64,000 bases of DNA. Origin: Patescibacteria group bacterium. Its GTDB lineage: Bacteria; Patescibacteriota; Patescibacteriia; UBA10025; JAHIVO01. Within the stretch, counting starts at the first letter, position 1. Each line of letters starts with the position of its first letter. The stretch covers positions 446,136-510,135 of the forward strand of contig JBAZKE010000001.1 in assembly GCA_041650915.1 (NCBI GenBank). The letters are read 5' to 3'. Position numbers and translations under genes: made by a program. Under the pieces are notes generated by a model. It ran no database searches. It was not told the origin of the DNA and worked only from the letters and a program-made list of their open reading frames with translations. Below, one piece after another: positions 55,589 through 64,000 of this stretch.

Positions 55589-56176
55589 ATGCCAATTCCA
55601 GTTTTTGAGCAGCAGCCAGCTGAGACGCAGGGAGCTCCGGGAAAGCCTACAAAAGAGAAGGTTTCTGGGCTCGCCATTTTTTTTGCTGTGCTGCTCGGCA
55701 CCGTGCTCGTGTTCATGGGCGAGTTCCTTTTTCTGGATGTTAACCGCGTCTTCAACCCGTACTATGTAAGCTGTTTCGAAGAGGCGTCCTCTTCACTCTC
55801 GAATTTTTTTTCCCATGCGCCGTTTTTAGAATCTTGCGATGTACCGAACTACGAGCGGGCGCGGCTTATTTTGCACGCAGATGTGGCAGTGCCCCTCATA
55901 CTCGTTGGCCTCTTTGCCTACGTTATTATCCGTAAACGTGAGCTCAAGAGCCACCATAGGGCATTGTTTTTCGCCTATCTCGCTTGGATTGTCTGGATGG
56001 GCGGGCGGCTTCTTGCAGAGACGGAGTATTACTTCTTGAAGCATCATGCGCTCATCGGCAAGTACATCGTATTTGTTACCGTTGCGCTCATATTCTCCTG
56101 GATCGTAATTGAAATTCAAAGGCGTTTTATCAAAGGCAAGAAGCCTGACGAGCCGGCAGCACCAAAGTTTGAGTAG
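55589..56176 (+). CDS. hypothetical membrane protein
   Basis: 195 aa with 4 predicted TM helices and no family motif. Confidence 0.4.
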   Translation: MPIPVFEQQPAETQGAPGKPTKEKVSGLAIFFAVLLGTVLVFMGEFLFLDVNRVFNPYYVSCFEEASSSLSNFFSHAPFLESCDVPNYERARLILHADVAVPLILVGLFAYVIIRKRELKSHHRALFFAYLAWIVWMGGRLLAETEYYFLKHHALIGKYIVFVTVALIFSWIVIEIQRRFIKGKKPDEPAAPKFE

Positions 56177-56244
56177 CAGGTGGTCCGTACCAGGCTATTC
56201 ATTCCGTTTTGTTTAAGCCGTCCGTATGCTATACTACAGTTAGT

Positions 56245-56772
56245 ATGGCACGAATTGAAATTGTTCAAGGTGATATTTGCGAGCAGCGAACCGATGCGCT
56301 TGTCAATGCGGCAAACACCGAGCTCCTGCACGGCGGCGGCGTTGCTGCTGCGATCGTCCATGCCGGGGGCAGCGCGATACAGGAGGAATCAAATGCTATC
56401 GCCCCTATTCCGCTCGGTGAAGCTGCGGTAACGGGTGCGGGGAAGCTGAAGGTGAAGTTTATTATCCATGCCGCGACCATGGAGCTCGGCAGTTTGGCGT
56501 CGAGCCAGACCGTATCTGCAGCGCTCGAAAACAGCTTTAAGCGTGCGATTGAACTTGGCATCGCTTCGGTAGCACTGCCGGCGCTTGGAGCAGGAACGGG
56601 GGGGTTCCCGAAAGACGCCTGTGCGGAACTGAGTATAGCTGCAGCCCTTCGATTTGGCGGTACTCTCAGAAACATTGTATTTGTGTTACGCGATCCTGAA
56701 ACGTTCAAGCATTTTCAGGATGTGCATCGGGCAAAGGCAGGCAAGCCACTATCTAACAATAATCAAAAGTGA
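56245..56772 (+). CDS. macro-domain protein (ADP-ribose or O-acetyl-ADP-ribose binding or deacetylase)
   Basis: Start at Met13. IEIVQGDICEQRTDALVNAANTELLHGGGVAAAI and GAGTGGFP. Confidence 0.75.
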   Translation: MARIEIVQGDICEQRTDALVNAANTELLHGGGVAAAIVHAGGSAIQEESNAIAPIPLGEAAVTGAGKLKVKFIIHAATMELGSLASSQTVSAALENSFKRAIELGIASVALPALGAGTGGFPKDACAELSIAAALRFGGTLRNIVFVLRDPETFKHFQDVHRAKAGKPLSNNNQK

Positions 56773-56776
56773 GACT

Positions 56777-57904
56777 ATGGTAGCTCGCAAGCAGTACTTT
56801 TATGCGCTGTCCATGTTCATTGGGACAATTATCGGCGTAGGTTTATTTGGAATTCCCTACGTCGGCGTGCAAGCTGGTTTTACGACACTTATCATTTTTT
56901 TCATCCTGATTGGCGGGCTTTCGATACTGATTAATTTTTACTACGGCGAAATTGCGTCAAAAACAAAGGGGCTCCACCGCCTGCCAGGCTATGCGGCGAT
57001 CTACATCGGCCCGAACGCGAAGAAAATTGCGTTCATTGTAAAAACATTTGCAATTTTTGGAGCACTGCTCGCGTACCTGATCGTCGGCGGGCAGTTTTTA
57101 GCAAGCCTATTCGGCGGTTCTGTGTACTTGTACACGTTTATTTTTTTCATTCTCGGTTCAATTTTAGTTTGGCGCGACCAACGTTCGATCGGCCCGGTTG
57201 AACTGGTCATGCTCCTCGTATTCATGGTCATCATCGTGTTCCTGTTTTTTTCTGGCCTTCCGCATATCGACTTTTCGAACTTATCGGGCGTGCATATGGA
57301 AAACTTTTTTGCCCCGTACGGCGTCCTGCTTTTTTCCCTCTGGGGCACGTCAATCATCCCGGAAGTGAAGGAAACGCTTAAGGGTGATCTCAGGCAAATA
57401 CGGAAGGCCATCATCTGGGGCAGCATCACCTGCTTGGTTGTCTACTTTTTATTCAGCTTGCTTATCATCGGTATTTCCGGCGATGCGACCAGCGAAAATG
57501 CACTTTCGGGTCTTGAAAATCATCTTGGTGATTGGGTTATCACTGTGGGATACATTTTCGGCATTATTACAACCTTCACCTCATTCATAACGCTTGGCCT
57601 CACGGTGAAAAAAATTTTTTGGTACGACTATTCCATGCCGAAGCGCATCGGGTGGGCGCTTGCGTGCTTCATACCGCTTATCATGTTCATTATTGGCTTG
57701 AGGGATTTTATTTCTGTTATCAGTTTAACAGGCGCTGTTATGCTCGGCATTGACGGGATTCTCGTTACGATTATTTTTTTGAAGCTGAAAAAGAAGGAAA
57801 AGTCGCACCATTACGCTGCTTGGAAGGGGCTGAATACGGTCATCGTGCCGCTTCTCGTGCTCGGAATCGTGCTTGAATTTTTATATTTCTTTAAAGTCCT
57901 GTAG
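56777..57904 (+). CDS. amino-acid permease, aromatic amino acid (HAAAP/Trp-Tyr permease) family-like
   Basis: Start at Met42, 4 nt after the macro-gene stop. LSMFIGTIIGVGLFGIPYVGVQAG matches the family GT.IG.G..alP pattern. About 11 TM helices. Confidence 0.55.
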   Translation: MVARKQYFYALSMFIGTIIGVGLFGIPYVGVQAGFTTLIIFFILIGGLSILINFYYGEIASKTKGLHRLPGYAAIYIGPNAKKIAFIVKTFAIFGALLAYLIVGGQFLASLFGGSVYLYTFIFFILGSILVWRDQRSIGPVELVMLLVFMVIIVFLFFSGLPHIDFSNLSGVHMENFFAPYGVLLFSLWGTSIIPEVKETLKGDLRQIRKAIIWGSITCLVVYFLFSLLIIGISGDATSENALSGLENHLGDWVITVGYIFGIITTFTSFITLGLTVKKIFWYDYSMPKRIGWALACFIPLIMFIIGLRDFISVISLTGAVMLGIDGILVTIIFLKLKKKEKSHHYAAWKGLNTVIVPLLVLGIVLEFLYFFKVL

Positions 57905-57906
57905 CA

Positions 57907-59355
57907 ATGAAAACCATACGCGTACGTTTTGCCCCGTCGCCGACTGGGATGCTGCACATCGGCGGCTTACGCACAGCGCTGTTCAACTGGCTCTGGGCGC
58001 GCAAGAATGGCGGCCAGTTTATTCTGCGCATCGAAGATACTGACCGCGAACGCACCGTGAAAGGTGCGGTTGAGAATATTATCGAAGCGCTTGAATGGTA
58101 CGGCCTCTCGATTGATGAGGGCCCTATTTTCCAATCTGAAAGGAAAGCGTTGTACACACAGTACGTTGATCGGTTACTCGGGCAGGGGAGCGCATACCGC
58201 TGCTTTTGTACCGCCGAGCGGCTCGCTGAGGTACGGAAAATCCACGAAGTCAATAACAAGGCGACGAAGTATGATGGGTTATGCAGGTCATTGAGCGAAG
58301 AGGAGGTTCAGAAGAAGGTTAATGCAGGCGAGCCGTATGTTGTCCGCCTGAAGGTGCCGCATGATGGGGTTACGTCATTTGATGACCACATTTACGGAAA
58401 GGTGTCGGTTGAGAATTCAAATGTCGATGACCAGGTTTTGCTGAAGTCGGACGGCTTCCCTACATACCACCTTGCGAATGTGGTTGACGATCACGAGATG
58501 AAAATTTCGCATGTAATCCGCGCCGAGGAATGGCTGCCTTCCACGCCTAAACATATTTTATTGTATAAAGCGTTTGGATGGGATTTGCCCGACTTCGCGC
58601 ATATACCGATGGTGCTTGGGCCTGACAAGGCGAAGCTCTCCAAACGGCATGGCGCCAAACCTGCGCTCGAGTACCGGGACGCGGGCTACCTAGCTGAAGC
58701 CGTCATTAATTTCATTGCACTCCTGGGGTGGAATCCGAAGACCGAACAAGAATTTTTTTCACTCAATGAGCTCATCCGGGAATTTGACTTGAAGAAGATC
58801 AATAAAGCGAGTGCGGTATTTAATATTGAGAAGTTGAATTGGATGAACAGCCGGTATATCAATCAGGAGAGCAGTGGCTCCGCGGAAAAGTTAGCGGATA
58901 GAATCAACACATTTTTTGCCGGTGCAGACGGTTCTGAAAAGTACAGCAAAAAGGAGATTATGAAAATTTTACCTGCTGCTGCGTCCCGAATGACAACATT
59001 GGCCGACTTTGAAGAGGAGGCGCGCTATATAACTGATATGTCCATACGGTATGATCCGTCGCTGCTTATTCCAAAAAAAGGCGATAAAGGAGAATCAATG
59101 CGTGCGCTTGAGTCCGCGCAGGCTTTGCTCGAGAGTGTAGCAGAACAGGAGTTTACGCAAAAGCATCTGGAAGGGGCATTTACCGGGCTCATCGCGCAGG
59201 AACACTTTACCAACAATACGATGCTATGGCCCGTGCGCGTAGCCCTCACAAAACGGGCTCAGAGCCCCGGGGTTTTTGAGTACCTTGAGATACTCGGGAA
59301 GGAAGAATCAATCAGGCGCGTTAAGAGCGCCCTGCAAAGCTTGCAAAAAAAGTAG
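57907..59355 (+). CDS. gltX: glutamate--tRNA ligase
   Basis: HIGH region as PSPTGMLHIGG, KMSKS as KLSKR, and the class I catalytic core. Confidence 0.9.
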   Translation: MKTIRVRFAPSPTGMLHIGGLRTALFNWLWARKNGGQFILRIEDTDRERTVKGAVENIIEALEWYGLSIDEGPIFQSERKALYTQYVDRLLGQGSAYRCFCTAERLAEVRKIHEVNNKATKYDGLCRSLSEEEVQKKVNAGEPYVVRLKVPHDGVTSFDDHIYGKVSVENSNVDDQVLLKSDGFPTYHLANVVDDHEMKISHVIRAEEWLPSTPKHILLYKAFGWDLPDFAHIPMVLGPDKAKLSKRHGAKPALEYRDAGYLAEAVINFIALLGWNPKTEQEFFSLNELIREFDLKKINKASAVFNIEKLNWMNSRYINQESSGSAEKLADRINTFFAGADGSEKYSKKEIMKILPAAASRMTTLADFEEEARYITDMSIRYDPSLLIPKKGDKGESMRALESAQALLESVAEQEFTQKHLEGAFTGLIAQEHFTNNTMLWPVRVALTKRAQSPGVFEYLEILGKEESIRRVKSALQSLQKK

Positions 59356-59373
59356 GTTTGTGCTAAGATACGC

Positions 59374-60789
59374 TTGCTTTGCGATGTGGGCTTACTGAAC
59401 ACTATGCACGTATACGTAAACAAAAATAAAAAACAGGCGTTGATGATCTTCATGGGTCTGTGCCTGGGTGCCGGCCTTTTTTTGATTTACCCGATATACC
59501 TCTCTGCGCAGGAAACAAACACGAATACGGCCGCAAATACAAACACCGGCGCCACTGCTGAAAACGATACGGCTGCGACGGATCCCGCAGATAGTGCGAG
59601 TGCGACCGGAGACGATGCAAGCCTTTCGAATTTTACCTGGGAAGAAGGTTCAGATGATGAGGAAACGATCCGTGAACTGACAGCGGAACTTGACGCTAAG
59701 CGTGCGGCGATTGAGGAACTTAAAAAGAAAACGGAGGTTTATGAGGAGAATATAAAGGTAAAGCAGCAGGAGGCGATAACACTTAACGGACAGATGGCCA
59801 TTCTGGATTTGCAGATTTCGCAGACTGAGGTTGATATCGAGAAGGTTCGGGAAGAGATCGATTCAGTCGGCATTGAGATTGAGCGCCTCGAGCTGGAAGT
59901 AGCACAGAAGTTCAATGAGCTCACTGAGCAGCAGGATGTACTCGCGGCCTACATCCGTCTTATCAACAAGTACGATGAAAAAACATACCTCGAGCTGTTT
60001 ATTTCGAATAAGTCGTTTTCAGATTTTTTTGACCAGCTTGAGTACGCGCAGACCATCGAGAGCAGCGTTGAAGATGCGCTCATCGGTATCCGGGACATGA
60101 AGGAGAGCCTCGAGCAGCAGAAATCCGTGCAGGAAGATAAGCGCACCGAGCTTAATGATTTGACCGTCAAGCTCGCGGCAAGCATCGAAGGTTTCAACAA
60201 TCAAAAAGTTTATAAGGAGGCGCTGCTCGAGGAAACGAAAGAATCGGAAGACAAGTTTGAAGCGCTGCTCGAGGAAGCACGGCGTGAGCACGAAGCGGCT
60301 GCAGCGGAGATTTCATCGCTAGAAACTAAAGCACGTGAGCGGCTCGAGGAAGAGGGGGTTGACCTGGATATTGATGCCACGCTCATGTGGCCTATCAATC
60401 CGCTTAAAGGCATATCCGCGTACTTCTACGATCCGACTTATCCTTTCCGCAAGTATTTCGAGCATCCAGCGATCGACCTGCCGACTGCGCAGGGCACCCC
60501 AGTCCGTGCAGCGGAGAACGGGTATGTCGTCAGAGCAAAGAATGCAGGGCTCGGGTACAGCTATGTCATGCTTGTCCATTCGAATGAACTGTCCACCGTA
60601 TACGGCCACCTTTCGAGTATTGACGTCGCGGAAGATGAATATGTCGTTCGGGGCCAGCAAATCGGCCTATCGGGCGGCCTGCCAGGGACTCCTGGCGCTG
60701 GAAGGCTTTCTACAGGCGCACATTTGCATTTTGAGGTGCGTTCCGACGGTATTCCGGTAAATCCCCTGGATTACCTCCCTGGGCTGTAA
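59374..60789 (+). CDS. M23-family metallopeptidase with a long N-terminal coiled coil (EnvC/LytM-like)
   Basis: The C-terminal domain has HxxxD (HPAIDLP) and HxH (HLHFE). An N-terminal signal/TM is followed by about 250 aa of coiled coil. The start is uncertain (59374, 59404 or 59443). Confidence 0.75.
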   Translation: MLCDVGLLNTMHVYVNKNKKQALMIFMGLCLGAGLFLIYPIYLSAQETNTNTAANTNTGATAENDTAATDPADSASATGDDASLSNFTWEEGSDDEETIRELTAELDAKRAAIEELKKKTEVYEENIKVKQQEAITLNGQMAILDLQISQTEVDIEKVREEIDSVGIEIERLELEVAQKFNELTEQQDVLAAYIRLINKYDEKTYLELFISNKSFSDFFDQLEYAQTIESSVEDALIGIRDMKESLEQQKSVQEDKRTELNDLTVKLAASIEGFNNQKVYKEALLEETKESEDKFEALLEEARREHEAAAAEISSLETKARERLEEEGVDLDIDATLMWPINPLKGISAYFYDPTYPFRKYFEHPAIDLPTAQGTPVRAAENGYVVRAKNAGLGYSYVMLVHSNELSTVYGHLSSIDVAEDEYVVRGQQIGLSGGLPGTPGAGRLSTGAHLHFEVRSDGIPVNPLDYLPGL

Positions 60790-60841
60790 AAAACGTAAAA
60801 ATAAGCCTCAGTTTTAGCTTCAGTGGCATAATTATGCCAAC

Positions 60842-61636
60842 CTAAGCGCTTTTTTGTTTAATGTATGTTTTTGCAATGTCAACGAGTTCACTGTGCACGT
60901 GGCCGTTACTCACGATCCATCCGTTTACCCTGCGGTCGTAGCGCTGTTCTTTCCCAAAGAGATCTGTGGCTTTTCCGCCCGCCTCCTCAACGATGATTTT
61001 TTGTGCAGCCACGTCCCAGGGGTTCTTGCCCGGCCAGATGTTTGCGGAAAGCTCACCAGCTGCAACAAGCATTCCTGGATAGGTCGTGCATGCATGGCAG
61101 AGAACAAAAGCGCCGCGTTCCGCGAGTTGGTCATTGAATGACCGTATATCGTAGGCCGCGTTCTTCCAAATAGTTGTTCCAATTGCCGTTTGCCGAAGGC
61201 TGCGCGCACTGGAAACACATACGGATTTGCCATTGCACGTTGCACCACGATTTTTTTCCGCAAAGAACAGCCTCTTGAGAAATGGATCATAGAGCACACC
61301 GAGCGTTGGACGCCCGTCTTGCACGAGTGCCAAACTAAACGTGCACGTCGGAATGCCGTGTGAAAAGGGGATAGTTCCGTCAATCGGATCGCAAATCCAG
61401 AGGTCAGAAGCCTTCTCATTGAACATATCGCCTTCTTCACCCAGGAAGCCGTGCTTCGGAAAATTCTTTTGAACCCACTCTGAGACCATCTGGTTGATTT
61501 CTTTGTCTGCGGCGGTGACGGGAGACGAATCGCGCTTCCACTCTTTTTTGATTCCCATCCCGAAAACGCGGACCATAATTTTTCCCGCATTCCGTGCAAG
61601 CTCATGTACGAGGGCTGCAGTCGTTTTGATCGTCAT
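60842..61636 (-). CDS. inositol monophosphatase family protein (SuhB/CysQ-like)
   Basis: Start at Met30. Motifs WICDPIDGT and WDVAAQKIIVEEAGG. Confidence 0.75.
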   Translation of the reverse strand: MTIKTTAALVHELARNAGKIMVRVFGMGIKKEWKRDSSPVTAADKEINQMVSEWVQKNFPKHGFLGEEGDMFNEKASDLWICDPIDGTIPFSHGIPTCTFSLALVQDGRPTLGVLYDPFLKRLFFAEKNRGATCNGKSVCVSSARSLRQTAIGTTIWKNAAYDIRSFNDQLAERGAFVLCHACTTYPGMLVAAGELSANIWPGKNPWDVAAQKIIVEEAGGKATDLFGKEQRYDRRVNGWIVSNGHVHSELVDIAKTYIKQKSA

Positions 61637-61658
61637 CGACGCGTATTTCGAATTATTG

Positions 61659-63197
61659 CTACTGTTGCTCCCAGGTGATAACACGGTATTGGTCCGTTGT
61701 CGGAAAATACGGCGGCGGCGCAAAGTAGAATTCGTCGTCGTAAATTAAATCACGATCGCAATATCCGGATGCAGTGGTGTGGCCGTCGGGGCACGTGTAG
61801 TTCGTGCCGACGTATGCAAATCCATACCGGTCATTTGATGCGATTGCGCCATAATTGGTAAATGCATCCCTCGTATAGTTCTGGTTGCAGTTTGCCGGGC
61901 TAAAGGTGCCGCTGCTCTGGGGGTAGTACGGCCTGCCTGCTGTGCCATTTTGTGCAATGAGCGCTGCATCTACCCGTAAATCGTCTTCACTATAGAACCC
62001 AGCGTAGATGTTTTCCTGGGCAATCAACCCGATGGCGTCGGTACCGTCGTAAGTTGTATAGAGCACATCGTCCGTTATCAAAACATTGGCACTCCCCGTG
62101 CTGTACGGCTCTTCCGCAGCGATAACGGTAACACGCTGGCCATCGACTTGGCCATCGACCCAGACGTGGTCTTCGATAAATATCAAACCGTTGCTCGGCA
62201 TGTTCAAACCGACGGAATCTGCTCCTTCATAGATAAAACTCTCCTCGGTGCCGATAGACCATAAATTGGTGCTGGTGTAATTTACCCACCAAAACCATAC
62301 GCGCTTGAGGCAGGTAGCTTGGCTCGTGACGCGGTAGATGTCAACGGTATCGTTCGTATTAAAATGCACGTGGTACCCTTCATCCCCCGAATCGGTAAGG
62401 TAGATGCCGCTTGTGTCCGCCTCTGATGCGATTTCGTTCAAATTGCCGGTCATGCCCGCGAAGTTCACGTTGCCGGCATCGACTTCACGGCCGACCTCAA
62501 ATACGTCTGTTCTCGTCGGCCATGGCGTGGGCGGGGTTGGATCCGGCGGAGCAAGACAAGTGTGCACAGCCCATTCGTTGCCCGAAGTGCAGTCATCTGA
62601 GTCGGGGTCATCGTACGATATTTCAGTGCTGCTGACGACGTTGTGTGCAAGCCCGTCGAACCGTAAGCCGAAGTTGGAGTGGATTGGCCCAAATACTTCC
62701 GTGCCTTCGCCAAAGCGCATGTTGTCATTCGCCACAACAGCAAAGTTTGTGACTGAAGGGCGCCCGAGGACGACATTAACTGTTTTTAGTACGTTGGGTT
62801 TCAAATCCGTGCTGCCGGTTGAGGCGATTGCAACGACCGTTGATCCTGATCGCGGAGCTGTGATATCGAGGGTAAACTGCCCGAACGAATTGCCGTCAGC
62901 GTCCGTGTAGTCATGCACGTAGGGGCCCAGAGCGCCGGTCCCATCTTGAAAATCTTTTTGTGCGTGCGCAAGGTGCCAACGGTAGTATTCGACGCCTGCT
63001 TCCGCGAGTTGAAATGACATCTCCCGGAATTTTTCGTGGTTTGTCAGTTTATTCTGGCTGATGACGTATGTTAAACCCGCCGTACCGAGGCTGGTAAACA
63101 GAGTAATCGTTATGAGCAGGGGGATGTAGATATTACCGTGCAGGCTTTTAATTTTCATACTTATACTTAAGATTCCGCAAAGAGACATTTGTTTCAA
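61659..63197 (-). CDS. PilX-like minor pilin or pilus-associated protein
   Basis: N-terminal hydrophobic segment plus QLAEAGVEYYRWHL, which resembles the PilX_N AEAG motif. Large extracellular beta-rich body. Overlaps the upstream pilin gene. Confidence 0.45.
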   Translation of the reverse strand: MKQMSLCGILSISMKIKSLHGNIYIPLLITITLFTSLGTAGLTYVISQNKLTNHEKFREMSFQLAEAGVEYYRWHLAHAQKDFQDGTGALGPYVHDYTDADGNSFGQFTLDITAPRSGSTVVAIASTGSTDLKPNVLKTVNVVLGRPSVTNFAVVANDNMRFGEGTEVFGPIHSNFGLRFDGLAHNVVSSTEISYDDPDSDDCTSGNEWAVHTCLAPPDPTPPTPWPTRTDVFEVGREVDAGNVNFAGMTGNLNEIASEADTSGIYLTDSGDEGYHVHFNTNDTVDIYRVTSQATCLKRVWFWWVNYTSTNLWSIGTEESFIYEGADSVGLNMPSNGLIFIEDHVWVDGQVDGQRVTVIAAEEPYSTGSANVLITDDVLYTTYDGTDAIGLIAQENIYAGFYSEDDLRVDAALIAQNGTAGRPYYPQSSGTFSPANCNQNYTRDAFTNYGAIASNDRYGFAYVGTNYTCPDGHTTASGYCDRDLIYDDEFYFAPPPYFPTTDQYRVITWEQQ

Positions 63198-63765
63198 CTT
63201 CGAGCGGCGTCGGAGTCCTTACCGGATCATAGTCAACGATCAGCTTCACTTGTACGAGGCTGATTTCATTCAAATCGAACGGATCTGAGAGCGGGTCAGT
63301 CTCGCCATTGTATGACGCGTCAAAGTATCTGAAGAGGTAGTCGGCATTGAGAATATTTTCGGCAACCGTCGTTCTGTCATCAATCGTAAAGTCGGGGTAG
63401 AGCGGAGGAACGCTGCCATCGGACTCATTTTCCCAGCGGTACAGCGTGCCATCGGCAAGTTCATACTTTATTTTTTCCCGGTTTGGGTCGCTGTCGACGT
63501 TGGCAAAAAAGGTCAGTGCAAAATCAGATGCTGATTCGATGGGATAGGAGCCATTGTCCGAAAGTATCGCTTCACGGATTTCATCGACCATCCCGCGGAA
63601 TGCTGCCCGGATATTGTCTTGTGCAGCGACATGGTCCCTGGTGACGGTCCACAGTTTCATGCCCTGGTATGAATAGGTACCAATGCCGACTCCAATAATC
63701 GCGAGCAGTGATACCACAACCATTATTTCCATGAGCGTGAAACCTTTTTTGTGGGGGATTGTCAT
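63148..63765 (-). CDS. type IV pilin-like protein with a prepilin N-terminal cleavage/methylation motif
   Basis: KGFTLMEIMVVVSLLAIIGVG is the class III signal G-F-T-L-x-E. Confidence 0.65.
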   Translation of the reverse strand: MTIPHKKGFTLMEIMVVVSLLAIIGVGIGTYSYQGMKLWTVTRDHVAAQDNIRAAFRGMVDEIREAILSDNGSYPIESASDFALTFFANVDSDPNREKIKYELADGTLYRWENESDGSVPPLYPDFTIDDRTTVAENILNADYLFRYFDASYNGETDPLSDPFDLNEISLVQVKLIVDYDPVRTPTPLEVETNVSLRNLKYKYEN

Positions 63766-64000
63766 TAGATAGTGGGGGTTAGAAGCACTTCTTCGGTCGT
63801 ATAACCGCTAACGCTGACGGATACATTTGAATCTTCGTAGCCGTCCATTGTCACTTCAATGACGTGGTCTTCAGCTGCCATGCCGTCGAAGTAGGCCTGG
63901 CCAGGCGGCAAGCACTCTAACGTATAGCCGATCCGTACATTGGTCAGTACCGGCGTATAGTAGATGTCATCCGTGGACAGGTAGAGTTTGTAGCGGATGT
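63765..64000 (-). CDS. partial CDS (C-terminal 78 codons; the 5' end lies beyond the window), probable pilus-cluster protein
   Basis: Hand translation of the minus strand gives ...IRYKLYLSTDDIYYTPVLTNVRIGYTLECLPPGQAYFDGMAAEDHVIEVTMDGYEDSNVSVSVSGYTTEEVLLTPTI, and its TAA stop overlaps the pilin ATG by 1 nt (TAATG). Confidence 0.35.
   Translation of the reverse strand, partial: IRYKLYLSTDDIYYTPVLTNVRIGYTLECLPPGQAYFDGMAAEDHVIEVTMDGYEDSNVSVSVSGYTTEEVLLTPTI

Noticed and set aside
1-64000. rRNA genes, CRISPR arrays, transposases, integrases or phage structural genes
   Set aside because: None detected. No 16S/23S/5S signature stretches, no regularly spaced repeat-spacer array, and no DDE, HUH or tyrosine-recombinase motifs in any frame examined.

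Overview
This is a gene-dense bacterial window of about 55% GC. It contains roughly 75 protein-coding genes, 3 tRNAs (Thr-CGT and Gly-CCC on the minus strand, Gln-TTG on the plus strand), and no rRNA, CRISPR array or recognisable transposase. The organism cannot be placed from sequence alone. An outer-membrane beta-barrel-like protein, type IV pilins and MacB/FtsEX-type ABC systems suggest a diderm, probably uncultivated, bacterium.

Housekeeping genes recognised include:
- gltX, the def-fmt pair, priA, ftsE-ftsX, nth, rlmH, trpB and a dinB-like Y-family polymerase;
- ppiB, a PpiC-type PPIase, a YggS-family PLP protein, an fsa/transaldolase-like gene and an Nnr-type NAD(P)HX dehydratase;
- an IMPase-family gene, queH and yhhQ.

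Many secreted or cell-surface proteins have internal repeats.

The observations most worth a second look are:
1. An AmmeMemoRadiSam-type operon (AMMECR1, a MEMO/LigB-like protein and a radical SAM enzyme) that also carries an embedded secreted four-repeat protein and a membrane protein. It is translationally packed with a PriA homolog whose Walker A and DExH motifs are replaced.
2. A DNA-damage neighbourhood containing an unknown small ORF start/stop-coupled to the DinB-like polymerase, an SRAP peptidase gene and a 439-aa unknown protein. Two perfect 54-bp tandem repeats and an 11-bp-stem hairpin sit in the divergent promoter region.
3. A roughly 158-nt structured-RNA candidate closed by a 16-bp helix that includes a G.U pair.
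4. AT-rich islets with textbook sigma70 promoters, a perfect 23-bp palindrome and tiny ORFs, including a 26-aa acidic peptide behind a perfect Shine-Dalgarno.
5. A perfect 115-bp intragenic duplication in a surface-protein gene.
6. A fusion of an RlpA-like DPBB domain to a PBP5-type D,D-carboxypeptidase.

Coordinates of non-CDS features were counted by eye and may be off by 1-2 nt.
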